Below, one piece after another: positions 50,329 through 61,778 of a stretch of 64,000 nt of DNA. The notes beneath the pieces were generated by a model. The model made no database searches, was not told the origin of the DNA, and was given only the letters and a program-made list of their open reading frames with translations. Positions within the stretch are counted from its first letter, which is position 1, and each line of letters starts with the position of its first letter. Origin of the DNA: Nitrospinaceae bacterium (GTDB taxonomy: Bacteria > Nitrospinota > Nitrospinia > Nitrospinales > VA-1); contig JBHHVU010000003.1 in NCBI GenBank assembly GCA_046754465.1, forward strand, positions 32,001 through 96,000. The letters run 5' to 3'. A program made the translations under genes and the position numbers.

Positions 50329-51488
50329 CAGGAGGTGTTTTCCGTCAGGAAAATTTCCACATCGACGGGCATACCGGGTTTCAGTTCCATGTTGGGGTTC
50401 CGAATGTCTACTTTGACCCGGTAAACCAGTTTGACACGTTCTTTTTCGGTTTGAACGTTTTTGGGTGTGAATTCCGCCTGGGAGGCAATGAACGAAACCA
50501 CGCCCGAATACACTTTTCCTGGATAGGTGTCAGAAGTCACCTGCGCGGTTTGTCCGACCTTGACCCGTCCCAGATCGGTTTCGTTGATGTAGCCGCGCAC
50601 CCAAACGTTTCCCAGGTCAGCCACGGTAACGACCGGAGTCCCGGGAACCACGTATTCTCCCGGTTCGATATTTTCGGAGAGGACCACCCCGGAAAGCGGT
50701 GACACCACCTGGGTATAACCCAGTTGGGTTTGGGCCAGGGCCAGGGAGGCTTTCGCCTTTTCCAGGCGGGCCCGGGCCTGATCGATTTTTTCCTTACGCG
50801 GTCCTTTCTTGATGAGCGCGTAGCGTTCCTGCACCTCCCTCAACGCGGCGCGGGCCTGGTCGATATCTTCCTTCCGCGGACCCTCCCGGGCCATGCGCAG
50901 GAGTTCCTCGGTTTGCCTCACCTGCGCCTGGGCCATTTTGAAGTTGGTTCGGGCCTTGTCATAGGTTTCGGCGGACACCACGCCATCTTCAAAGAGTTTT
51001 TTGTACCGCTTCAATTCGATCGCCAGGTTTTCCATGTCCGCCTTGGCGCGCTGGACGGTGGCTTCCGAGGCGGCAATTTCCTCTGGGCGCGATCCCGCCA
51101 GCAGCTCGTCCAAAGCCGCCCGGGCTTTTTCCACCGCCGCTTCCGCTTGCGCGATTTCTTCCGGACGCGACCCCGCCAAAAGTTCCGCGAGGTCCGCTTC
51201 GGCGGCCCGAACCTCGGACCGGCGAATTTCCACCTCATGGGCTTGGTCTTCGCTTTCCAGCCGGGCGACCGTCTGCCCGGCCCGAACCGTTTCTCCCTCT
51301 TTGACCCGCCGCTCCTTCACCCGTCCGCCGATTTTGAAACTAACCTCCGCGTCGGTCACCTCAATATTTCCGGAAAGACGAATGACCTCCCCGGCCACCT
51401 CATTTTTCACCTTCATGAACCATTCAGCAAAAACCACGCCGCCGACGGCCAGTAGAATAAAAATGGTCCATTTCCCTTTTCTTGCCAT
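50328..51488 (-). CDS. HlyD-family periplasmic adaptor (YbhG-like) with expanded coiled-coil repeats
   Basis: SGNIE, repeated LAGSRPEEI/GPRKE.I units, AEFTPKNVQT..ER.KLVYRV, LKPGMP. Confidence 0.93.
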   Translation of the reverse strand: MARKGKWTIFILLAVGGVVFAEWFMKVKNEVAGEVIRLSGNIEVTDAEVSFKIGGRVKERRVKEGETVRAGQTVARLESEDQAHEVEIRRSEVRAAEADLAELLAGSRPEEIAQAEAAVEKARAALDELLAGSRPEEIAASEATVQRAKADMENLAIELKRYKKLFEDGVVSAETYDKARTNFKMAQAQVRQTEELLRMAREGPRKEDIDQARAALREVQERYALIKKGPRKEKIDQARARLEKAKASLALAQTQLGYTQVVSPLSGVVLSENIEPGEYVVPGTPVVTVADLGNVWVRGYINETDLGRVKVGQTAQVTSDTYPGKVYSGVVSFIASQAEFTPKNVQTEKERVKLVYRVKVDIRNPNMELKPGMPVDVEIFLTENTS

Positions 51489-51704
51489 TCACCCCCTCCG
51501 AAAAAAATGCGGCATCTTTCGGTTCCTCCCTCCCATGACAGCCCTGGGATAAGCCGCGGCCCATTTTCAGGAAATAACATAACATATTTAAATTGAATGT
51601 TTTACGATAAGGCTTAATTTTCTGACCATTATCTGATAACCTAGGCCGCTGTTGAAAGCCCAGCGTTTCCACCCCATGAAAAAATCCCTTAGTGATTCTT
51701 TAAT

Positions 51705-53123
51705 ATGAGCAACGAAATCCGCGTACGATTCGCCCCCAGTCCCACAGGGTATCTCCATATCGGCGGCGTCCGCACCGCCCTGTTCAACTGGCTGTTCGCC
51801 CGGCACGAGGGAGGAAAATTCATTCTTCGGATCGAGGATACCGATCTCTCACGGTCCACCGAGGAATCCATCCAGGAGATCCTCGAAGCGCTGCAATGGC
51901 TCGGATTGGATTGGGATGAAGGTCCCTACCGGCAAATGGAACGCAGAAAACTTTATGAAGAAAAAGTGGCCCTGCTGCTTCGGGAAGATAAAGCCTACCC
52001 CTGCTTCTGCAGGCCGGAGGAATTGGAAACAAAAAGGAAGGAAGCACAGAAAAAAGGACTGAAACCCAAATACGACGGTCGTTGCCGGGACCGCAAGGAC
52101 CGCCCCCAGGACGTGCCGTTCGTGGTGCGCTTTAAAACTCCCCGGGAGGGGACGGTGACCATCCACGACGCGCTGCGGGGAAAAATCGTTTTCAACAACG
52201 AAGAACTCGACGACCTGATCATCCAGCGGACCGACGGCACCCCCACCTACAATTTCGTCGTGGTGGTGGACGACGCGGACATGCGCATCAGCCACGTGAT
52301 CCGGGGCGACGACCACCTTTCCAACACCCCCCGGCAAGCGCTGCTTTATGACAGCTTGAACGTTCCGCGTCCACAATTCGCCCACATCTCGATGATCCTG
52401 GGCGCGGATAAATCCCGCCTCAGCAAGCGCCACGGCGCCACATCCACCCTCGCTTACCGGACCATGGGCTACCTGCCCGAGGCGATGGTCAACTACCTGG
52501 TGCGGCTCGGCTGGTCGCACGGCGACCAGGAACTATTCAGCAGGGAGGAACTGATCCGGCATTTCTCACTGGAGAGCGTAACCACCTCTGCCGCCGTATT
52601 CAATCCGGAAAAACTGCTCTGGGTCAACCAGCAGTACATTCAATCCACCCCGCCCCTGGAACTGGCCAAGCATCTCGAACCGATCCTCGTGCAGGAAAAC
52701 ATTCTTCCCGAAGGTCACGGATTGAGCTTGGAGGAGATCGCGCGTCCCATCCCCGCCCTCAACCAGCGGTCCACCACCCTGGTGGAGATGGCTAGGAAAG
52801 CCGGGTTCTTTTTCAGAAAAGAATTGGAGTTCGACGAAAAGGCCCGCGCCAAATTCCTGACCGCCGAAATCAAACTGCGGTTGGAGGAATTGGCCGGCGG
52901 ACTTTCCGCCCTGGAGGAATTCACACCGGAAACGGTGGAGACTCTGTTCAAGGAGATCGTGGAGAAGGCGGGAATCAAGCTGGGGAAGCTGGCGCAGCCG
53001 GTGCGCGTGGCCCTGACGGGCAAAAAGGAGAGTCCCGGCATCTACGAGGTCATTCTTCTACTCGGCCGCGAGACCACCCTATCCCGCCTCAAGAACGCCA
53101 TCGCCTGGATCGATTCCCTGTAG
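51705..53123 (+). CDS. gltX: Glutamate--tRNA ligase
   Basis: RFAPSPTG.LHIGG, LRIEDTD, IRGDDH.SNT, LSKR. Confidence 0.98.
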   Translation: MSNEIRVRFAPSPTGYLHIGGVRTALFNWLFARHEGGKFILRIEDTDLSRSTEESIQEILEALQWLGLDWDEGPYRQMERRKLYEEKVALLLREDKAYPCFCRPEELETKRKEAQKKGLKPKYDGRCRDRKDRPQDVPFVVRFKTPREGTVTIHDALRGKIVFNNEELDDLIIQRTDGTPTYNFVVVVDDADMRISHVIRGDDHLSNTPRQALLYDSLNVPRPQFAHISMILGADKSRLSKRHGATSTLAYRTMGYLPEAMVNYLVRLGWSHGDQELFSREELIRHFSLESVTTSAAVFNPEKLLWVNQQYIQSTPPLELAKHLEPILVQENILPEGHGLSLEEIARPIPALNQRSTTLVEMARKAGFFFRKELEFDEKARAKFLTAEIKLRLEELAGGLSALEEFTPETVETLFKEIVEKAGIKLGKLAQPVRVALTGKKESPGIYEVILLLGRETTLSRLKNAIAWIDSL

Positions 53124-53152
53124 AGCAGGGGCGTGAAACCCCCAACAGGACC

Positions 53153-53196
53153 TTGATCCTGCCCATCAACGATATTATAACTTAGGTAATAACATC
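53153..53196 (+). promoter_or_regulatory. TA promoter with overlapping palindromic operator
   Basis: TTGATC-N17-TATAAC; inverted repeat gatattataac-ttag-gtaataacatc (9 of 11 positions pair). Confidence 0.65.
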
Positions 53197-53209
53197 CGGG
53201 GTTAAAGTC

Positions 53210-53437
53210 ATGGTGGATTTGAAAATCAGAAAAGTCGGGAATTCGCTGGGCGTGGTCCTGCCGCGTGAAGTGCTCAAAAAACTGCATATCCGGGATGGAG
53301 ACAAGGTATTCCTGACTGAGGCTCCCGATGGCAATTACCGGATCACCCCCTACGATCCGGAATTTGAAAAACAAATGCGAATCGCCGAAGAAGGCATGGC
53401 CCGTTACCGCAACACCCTGCGGGCGCTTGCCGAATGA
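53210..53437 (+). CDS. AbrB/MazE-family antitoxin
   Basis: LKIRKVGNSLGVVLP..L..L....GD; ATGA overlap with the toxin. Confidence 0.92.
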   Translation: MVDLKIRKVGNSLGVVLPREVLKKLHIRDGDKVFLTEAPDGNYRITPYDPEFEKQMRIAEEGMARYRNTLRALAE

Positions 53438-53916
53438 AAAAGGAGCCCGTCTGGGTTCCCAAGAACGTCGTGCTGGCCCTTCACGATGCCCTTCTTTCCG
53501 AACATGGCGGTCAATGGGGACTCCGGGATGACGCCCTTCTCGATTCCGCTCTCGCCCGGCCCAGACCATTGCTTTCCTACGGAGACCCAAATCTCTTCGG
53601 GCTCGCCACGGCTTATGTCAATGGGATCCTTCGCAACCACCCATTCATTGACGGCAACAAACGCACCGGATTCATGACCGGCTACGTCTTTCTCGCCCGA
53701 AACGGCAAACAATTAATCGCGCCTGAACCCCAGGCCACCCAGTTAGCAATCGGCCTCGCCGCCGGCAGGATGACTGAGCAGGAATTCACGGCGTGGCTTG
53801 AGCAAAATTGCAGTGGAGACAATGGACTGCCCCTTCCCCGAGGGTGTATAGACCGGGGGGATTTCACCGCAGAGAGCGCTGAGACCGCAAAGAAAATCCT
53901 ATATGTCGAAAATTGA
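53434..53916 (+). CDS. doc: Doc/Fic-family toxin; C-terminus reads through repeat DNA
   Basis: GLRD..LL.SALARP, NHPFIDGNKRTG. Confidence 0.92.
   Translation: MKKEPVWVPKNVVLALHDALLSEHGGQWGLRDDALLDSALARPRPLLSYGDPNLFGLATAYVNGILRNHPFIDGNKRTGFMTGYVFLARNGKQLIAPEPQATQLAIGLAAGRMTEQEFTAWLEQNCSGDNGLPLPRGCIDRGDFTAESAETAKKILYVEN
53830..53896 (+). repeat. Left arms of nested inverted repeats
   Basis: Degenerate C/G hairpin, ggggggattt, then caccgcagagagcgctgagaccgcaaag (three CGCnRAG units). Confidence 0.7.
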
Positions 53917-53966
53917 ACCTGTTAAAGGTAACTTTAATTGATAAATTAAAGGATAAAACGAAAAAT

Positions 53967-54756
53967 ATGAATAAATTAACTGATTTAAAACCACCACCGG
54001 ATTGGGGGGATGACCGCCTATCGTATTTCCTTAAAGGCCAGGAGCAAAATACTCTATCCATTCGGTTAAATCAGGAAAGGTTCTTTCGTTTTTTTCAGGA
54101 AATATGTGACACCTTTGGGGATTTAATTGAGGCTTTATCGGAATCAAAAAATGATACTGAAAGATACTTATCTTATTTTCCCTCTATGTCAGTAACTGCA
54201 TATTTAGCCACCATTCGTTTGGCTTTTGGAGGGCAAAGACCGCCAGCTTATATGACCGCAAGAGGTTGCTTGGAAAATGCCCTTTGTTGTTTTCATATTT
54301 TCAAAAAATCAGAAGCCCTAAATATTTGGAAAGGAAGGAGCAAAAATTCGGAAAGTAGAAAAAAATTTTAGAAATGAATTTACATATTATAATGCAAAAA
54401 ATACCCTAAAAGATCAGGATCAAAACCTCGCAGAAAAAGTTAACGAATTGTACGATTTAACCATCGATAAGGGAGGCCATCCAAATATCGAGGCATTAAC
54501 AGAAAACTTGGATATTAATTCAACAAATGGGACACAAAAAGATTATTTTGTTGTTCCAGATCCAAGAGAAAATCCGGGCCAATTTTTTGCTTTTCTTTAT
54601 GATGTTTACCAAATTGGAATAGCAAGTCTTATAATTTTCAACCTGGTTTTTGAGGATAAACTTTCCCAATTAGACTTATCAGAAAAAATTAACAATTTGG
54701 ATAATCCTTTTTCCAAGATGATTGAAGAAATTAGAAAAAATCAATCTTCTACCTAA
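53967..54756 (+). pseudogene. AT-rich HEPN/DUF5677-like gene split by a 1-nt frameshift near 54359-54369
   Basis: Removing one base from the A7T4 run joins the two ORFs (..RKKFRNEFTYYNAK..LYDLTIDKGGHPN); A...R..LE and Y......GHPN pattern. Confidence 0.7.
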
Positions 54757-54827
54757 TTTTTTCCTCCGCGCCCTTTGCGCCTTTGCGGTAAAGACAAATC
54801 CCCCAAACCCCCTTTACGAAAGGGGGG
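54757..54827 (-). repeat. Right arms of nested inverted repeats, ending in a hairpin that may also terminate transcription
   Basis: ctccgcgccctttgcgcctttgcggtaaa, then aaatccccc, then cccccttt-acg-aaaggggg. Confidence 0.75.
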
Positions 54828-54832
54828 TTTCT

Positions 54833-56563
<1,731 letters not shown>

Positions 56564-56749
56564 AGAGACTATTGATTAAATTAATCTTATTTCATAATTT
56601 TAACGCTTTCCCGCGCTTCATTCTACCAAATCCGCCGGCAAAACCCGAACGCTTTAGATGAAAACGTTTTTTCAAAAAGAGGCGGGCTTGCGCAGAGATA
56701 ATAATGTACCTTTCCTCACCTGCTGATTCAAACTAGCCGAGAGAGCCGG

Positions 56750-58768
56750 TCACAACAACTCGGCGATGTCCTTGACCTGGACCTTTTCCTGCAGGCCCTT
56801 GGCCTTGAGGGCGTCTTCGAGCATGAGGACGCAAAAGGGACAGGAAACGGCGATGGTGCCGGGTTGGGTGTCCATCAGTTCGTCCACGCGTTGATGGCTC
56901 ATTTTTGTGCCGGTCTTTTCTTCCAGGAGAAACCGCGCGCCGCCAGCCCCGCAGCAGGTCCCGCGTTCCCGGTGGTGTTCCGCTTCGCGCAGGGCCGTTT
57001 TCCCTGCTTTGGCGGCGATCACATCCCGGGGCGCGTCGTATTCGCCGTTATGCCGGCCCAGGTAACAGGAATCGTGGTAGACGACCTTTTCGCCTGATTT
57101 TTTCCCCTCCGGAATTTTTCCCTCTTTCATCAGATCATCGAGAAGCTGGGAGTGATGGATCACCTCGAGACGGGCGCCGAAATCGGGATATTCGTTTTTC
57201 AGGGAGTTGAAGCAATGGGGACAATGGGTGACGACCTTGCGGACTCCTTTTTCCTTAAAGGTTTCGGCATTTTTGGAAGCCAGCAGGTCGAAAAGATATT
57301 CGTTCCCGGCTCGGCGGGCGGGGTCGCCGGTGCAGCCTTCATCCACGCCGAGGATGGAGAAATCCACTCCGGCGGCCTTGAGCGCGGCGGCGGTGGCGGC
57401 GGCGATCTTTTTCCCGCGGTTGTCGAAGGCGCCGTTGCAACCGACGAAATAAAGGTATTCGGTGGGGCGGTCCTTGTCCCACAGCTTGACGCCGAGGTCC
57501 CGAGCCCAATCGGCGCGGCTGTCCTTGCCAAATCCCCAGGGATTGCTGTTGGTCTCCAGGGATTTGAAGGCGCGGACGAATTCCTGGGGATAGCGGTCTT
57601 CCGTCATCACCAGGCCGCGCCGCAGATCGATGATTTTGGCGACGTATTCGATCATGACGGGGCATTCCTCCTCGCAGGCCCCGCAGGTGGTGCAGGACCA
57701 GAGGGTCTCGTCCAATATCACCCCGCCCAGCAGTGCGGGCGGGTCCTGGGGATCCGGCGAGGCGGCTGTTTCCCGGCCGCTCCGAGGAGCGTCCGCCCGG
57801 TTGAGGTGGTCTCTCAGGTTGAGGGTGAATTCCTTGGGCGACAGGGGTTTCCCGCTTTTCAGGGCGGGACAGAAGAGATCGCAGCGGCCGCACTCGGTGC
57901 AGGTGTGCAGGTCGAGCAGGCTCTTCCAGGAAAACTGGCCGATGCGGGTGATCCCGAACGAATCGTTTTCCTCGTCCTCGAAATCGATGCGCGCGAGGGG
58001 ACTCTTCCCTTCGGGAGCATTGGAAAAATAGACGTTGGGTATGGCCGTGAGGATATGAAAATGCTTGCTCCGGGGCAGAAGGGTCAGAAAGAAGAGGATG
58101 CTCGTCACATGCGTCCAGTAGGCGAGGTTGTGGAGTCCGGTAACGGCACTGGGGGAAAGCGGCGCCAGCAAAAAGGAAACGGCCAGGCCTAGGGGTTCCG
58201 TCAAGTCTTTGGACTCCGGATGCCGGGCAAACCAGGCGGCCTCGAACACCACGTCGCTGACCATGATGAGCAGGATCAGAACGAGGATCAGAATCCCTTC
58301 CCCCGAAAGGTTGAGCCGCCGAGGACGAACGATCAGCCGCCGGTACAGGGCGTAGCAGGCGGCCAGCGTCACCAGAAGAACAAACACGTCCTTGACCCCG
58401 CTGTAGAGATAGTGCACCGATTCGAATCCGGGATAGGGGATGGGGAAGTCCTGGAAAAAGCCAATGACAAAAAAATGCAGGGCTCTCAGAAGGAGGACCA
58501 GAAATCCCCAGAATATCAGGGCATGCATCCATCCGGCGGCCGCATTCTTCAGCAATTTCGTTTGCAGGAAGGCGATACGGAGGGTGGTCCAGATTCTTTT
58601 GAGGGGCCGATCGAACCGGTTTTCGGGCCGGGCCTGCATCATGACCCGCAATTTCGGCCCCAGGGCGGCCATGAAGATTCCGAGCGCCACCAGGGTCAAT
58701 ATTCCCAAGAGGAGGGGTTGAAGGCTGGAGGAGATCCAATCCACAGCCCGGTTGCCAGCGACTTGCAT
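56750..58768 (-). CDS. Membrane Fe-S oxidoreductase (NarI-like TM, two 4Fe-4S, two CCG domains; HdrD/FadF-like)
   Basis: HALIFWGF, SKHFH, CTECGRC..CP, CTTCGACEEECP, CPHC, YHDSCYLGR, CCGAGG, CPFC. Confidence 0.92.
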   Translation of the reverse strand: MQVAGNRAVDWISSSLQPLLLGILTLVALGIFMAALGPKLRVMMQARPENRFDRPLKRIWTTLRIAFLQTKLLKNAAAGWMHALIFWGFLVLLLRALHFFVIGFFQDFPIPYPGFESVHYLYSGVKDVFVLLVTLAACYALYRRLIVRPRRLNLSGEGILILVLILLIMVSDVVFEAAWFARHPESKDLTEPLGLAVSFLLAPLSPSAVTGLHNLAYWTHVTSILFFLTLLPRSKHFHILTAIPNVYFSNAPEGKSPLARIDFEDEENDSFGITRIGQFSWKSLLDLHTCTECGRCDLFCPALKSGKPLSPKEFTLNLRDHLNRADAPRSGRETAASPDPQDPPALLGGVILDETLWSCTTCGACEEECPVMIEYVAKIIDLRRGLVMTEDRYPQEFVRAFKSLETNSNPWGFGKDSRADWARDLGVKLWDKDRPTEYLYFVGCNGAFDNRGKKIAAATAAALKAAGVDFSILGVDEGCTGDPARRAGNEYLFDLLASKNAETFKEKGVRKVVTHCPHCFNSLKNEYPDFGARLEVIHHSQLLDDLMKEGKIPEGKKSGEKVVYHDSCYLGRHNGEYDAPRDVIAAKAGKTALREAEHHRERGTCCGAGGARFLLEEKTGTKMSHQRVDELMDTQPGTIAVSCPFCVLMLEDALKAKGLQEKVQVKDIAELL

Positions 58769-58927
58769 ACGAAGGTCCTTTGCCAGGGTGGCCGTTCCGG
58801 GGAAAATGCCCAGATTTGACTAATATATCCCCAAAAGAAACATTGTGAAACCGTTCCGTCCCGATTTTTCATCTTATTTTCGGGGCGGATCCTTATTAAT
58901 TTCCTTCATCCTATTTGATCGGCAGGA

Positions 58928-59923
58928 ATGGCTGTTGAATCTGTCCGGCCCTGTGCTATTATTGAGAAGGACATAAAAGAGACTCCCGTTTTCAATGAAA
59001 ATGAAAGGGCTGCCGTGTTTTTATCTTGGCGCACCCAACTCGGATTGTTGATGGTTCTGACCTCTCTTGCCATGGTGTTCGTAGGCCGGGGAGAGGCGAT
59101 ACCCGTGGGGGATGCGTATCAACGTCTGTATAAGGGGTCGGTAGACGAGGAACTGGGGGCTCAACCGATGAATGATACGGCGCCACCGGTCGACCGGTCG
59201 ATCCGTCCCACATTGACACCGGGAATCAACGAACCGCATCCCATACCCGATTATATTAAAAAGTTCCCCGGCGGCGGCCCCTTCCCCAGGTATTATCTGG
59301 AATTATTGGAGGTTTCCCCGGTCCACCAGGTGCAAAGCAAAATTTTCAACAAACAGGCCTTCAGGAAAACCCGGCGAATTGGCGTGGCGGGTTTTGAAAA
59401 CAAGACGGAAGCTCCTTTCAAGGATGAAACCGCCGGGGAGATCGTCGCCAACCAAATCTCAAGGGAATTGCAGAAGAATAACAACTACGTCGTGATCCCT
59501 CCCAGCAAATTCAGGGAAGACGCCCGTTTAAAGATCATGACCACCCCGTCCAAGCCCCTTGGCAAGGAAAAAAGGCCGCCAAAGTCCAAAACGGGCAATC
59601 ACGTGCCGGGCCTGCCCTATTCCGGTGAAAAAGTGGATGCGGTGATGATCGGGGCCGTCACCAAATACATGGACTCTTATATCGATAACCGGGGCAGGAT
59701 CAAAAAAAGCCTTTCCAGCGGCGTCGAGTTCGGAGCGTATTTGGTCAACACCCAAACGGGAGAGGTGATCTGGGGAGCCCGCTTCGTCGGCACCCAATCC
59801 CCAAATCTGGTGGGATTCCTTTCCGGCGAGACAACCCATTGGCTCAACAAGGAAGAGCTATCCAAGGCGGCCATGAAATATGTCCTCAAGGCCTTTTATG
59901 CCACCCGGAACTCCGTCCGATAA
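58928..59923 (+). CDS. Exported protein with CsgG/LpoB-like alpha-beta domain; start uncertain
   Basis: Hydrophobic N-segment; RIGVAGFENKT, VDAVMIGAV, LVNTQTGEVIW. Confidence 0.65.
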   Translation: MAVESVRPCAIIEKDIKETPVFNENERAAVFLSWRTQLGLLMVLTSLAMVFVGRGEAIPVGDAYQRLYKGSVDEELGAQPMNDTAPPVDRSIRPTLTPGINEPHPIPDYIKKFPGGGPFPRYYLELLEVSPVHQVQSKIFNKQAFRKTRRIGVAGFENKTEAPFKDETAGEIVANQISRELQKNNNYVVIPPSKFREDARLKIMTTPSKPLGKEKRPPKSKTGNHVPGLPYSGEKVDAVMIGAVTKYMDSYIDNRGRIKKSLSSGVEFGAYLVNTQTGEVIWGARFVGTQSPNLVGFLSGETTHWLNKEELSKAAMKYVLKAFYATRNSVR

Positions 59924-60024
59924 GTCAATCGGCTGCGGAAAACTGATATCGGGAGACGGAACGCCGGCCCATTCGGGTCGATGTTATCGGTTTCCCGCAA
60001 GATTTTTACCTGGACGCGAACCCT

Positions 60025-60819
60025 ATGTTTGATGGCTTCACGGAGGCGGGCCCGCCTCCCCACGAAAATAAGGACCCTGAAAAAAAGAAGAAAAGGTTGT
60101 GGAGAAACCTTTTCCTTTTGAATCTGTGTGTCACGTTGTTGTTGATCGGCATTTTCTGGCTGCCGGCCAAACTGGTTCAAATGGAGAAGTTTTTCAATTC
60201 GCCCAGCGTCAATCTCCCGAAACAGGGCAAGACCGCCAAATCGCCGTCCCAGCCGGCCCCCCCGTCCCGGAACCCTAATTTAATGGAAACCCGGTACGTC
60301 GCCATCAACGCGTCCTCGGAAAAGGAGTGGACCTATTTCGATTTCTCCAGGGGCGCGGTGGTGCGGATTTTCGATCCCTCCTCGGTGGAATGGGACCTGG
60401 CATTCAGAAGGAGCAAAGTGATCAGTAACGGCGGCGCTACCAACAAGTTTGGAAATGCGGGCTTGATTGATCTGGGGGTGACCGAATTCGACTCGGTGGC
60501 CGAGGTTCCCAACGAGGACTACGTTCAGGATGTCACCACCCGGACCGAAACCGAAAATACCGTTCTCCTGAAATGGTACAAATACAATTACCTGACCCAC
60601 AAACTGAGCGCGAAAAAGAACGTTTACGCCCTGCGGACCGCCGACAACAAGTTCGCCAAGGTGCAGTTCTTGAATTTTTATTGCGACAACAAGGAAACGG
60701 GGTGCATCCGGATGCGGTACATTTACCAGAATAACGGGACCACCAGTTTCCTGAAAAACCAGGAGGGATTTTCCTCCCCCGCTGTGGCATCCAATCCGCC
60801 ATCCAGGAGCATGGAATGA
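60025..60819 (+). CDS. HmuY-family heme-binding protein with N-terminal TM anchor
   Basis: WTYFDF, WDLAFRR, NGG, WYKYN..TH, VY.LRTAD.KFAKVQF..FY. Confidence 0.82.
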   Translation: MFDGFTEAGPPPHENKDPEKKKKRLWRNLFLLNLCVTLLLIGIFWLPAKLVQMEKFFNSPSVNLPKQGKTAKSPSQPAPPSRNPNLMETRYVAINASSEKEWTYFDFSRGAVVRIFDPSSVEWDLAFRRSKVISNGGATNKFGNAGLIDLGVTEFDSVAEVPNEDYVQDVTTRTETENTVLLKWYKYNYLTHKLSAKKNVYALRTADNKFAKVQFLNFYCDNKETGCIRMRYIYQNNGTTSFLKNQEGFSSPAVASNPPSRSME

Positions 60820-60904
60820 AACCCGCCCCCGACACGGGGCCTGAAATAAACCACCGCGATCATGCGGAATATTTTGTTGAACGAGGAACCATGGAGGAAA
60901 ATAG

Positions 60905-61489
60905 ATGCCGAGTTTAAAAGGATTGTTGTTCAGCCAACTTGCCGCCGAGGGACTGAATAACCTGCTGGAGGAGATGCAGGCCAAATACAAGCCGAAACGG
61001 GGCCGCAGGTTCAATCACAACAACATCACCTACGAAATCAGCCGGCCCACATTGAAAGACTGCCATATCGAATTTGAGATCAGCTCGAAAATTCCCGAAG
61101 ATGAACTCGACAACCCCAAGGATATGAAAACCTATTTTCAGGAAATTAAGAAGATTCTCTCCAAGGGAGATTTGAAACCCAGCTCGATCGAAATGGAAAA
61201 TATCGTGTGGGATTCCAAAAAGGAAACGGAAAAGACGAGAGATTATGTCAAGCTCGCTTACCAGGTTCCCCTGGACGATTTATTCGATACGGGCGAAGTC
61301 ATAAATAAATTTGAGGAAATCAACCAGGGGAAAACCAAGGAGGCCATTCCTGAAATCGCCAGCGCCTTCACCCCGCAGGGGAAGCTGGTGCTGCATATGG
61401 TTCGTCAAAATATTCAGGCGATAGGCAGGCGACATATCGACGAATTGATCGCGGCCAACAAACAGGTGAGGGCGGTCATCACCCACTGA
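60905..61489 (+). CDS. Hypothetical soluble protein
   Basis: 194-aa ORF with GGAGG RBS. Confidence 0.8.
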   Translation: MPSLKGLLFSQLAAEGLNNLLEEMQAKYKPKRGRRFNHNNITYEISRPTLKDCHIEFEISSKIPEDELDNPKDMKTYFQEIKKILSKGDLKPSSIEMENIVWDSKKETEKTRDYVKLAYQVPLDDLFDTGEVINKFEEINQGKTKEAIPEIASAFTPQGKLVLHMVRQNIQAIGRRHIDELIAANKQVRAVITH

Positions 61490-61493
61490 TCTC

Positions 61494-61673
61494 ATGCGCC
61501 AGGTCTTATACTTTCTGGCACGGGCCCTGCAGGTTTTAGGGCTGGCCACCATCACCCTCGTTGTCATGCAGTTTTTTACCCAGGAAGGCATGGAATCCCT
61601 TTTGATCAAGACTCTCCTGGGAATCGGCGAATTTTATTGTGGGACTTTCGTTTTAGGGAAAATAGGTAAATAG
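61494..61673 (+). CDS. Small 2-TM membrane protein (59 aa; not in ORF track)
   Basis: MRQVLYFLARALQVLGLATITLVVMQFFTQEGMESLLIKTLLGIGEFYCGTFVLGKIGK; starts 4 nt after the upstream stop. Confidence 0.7.
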   Translation: MRQVLYFLARALQVLGLATITLVVMQFFTQEGMESLLIKTLLGIGEFYCGTFVLGKIGK

Positions 61674-61778
61674 ATCCATCAGATCCATCCAGGGAGAACC
61701 ACGGCGGGAAGGGAAAACCCTGATCCCTCAGCCGATCACACCTATCAAACCAATCCGGGGAAGCCCAAGAACTCCACC

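Noticed and set aside
50760..51200. Repeated units in the HlyD gene as a DNA repeat array or CRISPR
   Set aside because: They are in-frame coiled-coil protein repeats with no spacer structure and no cas genes.
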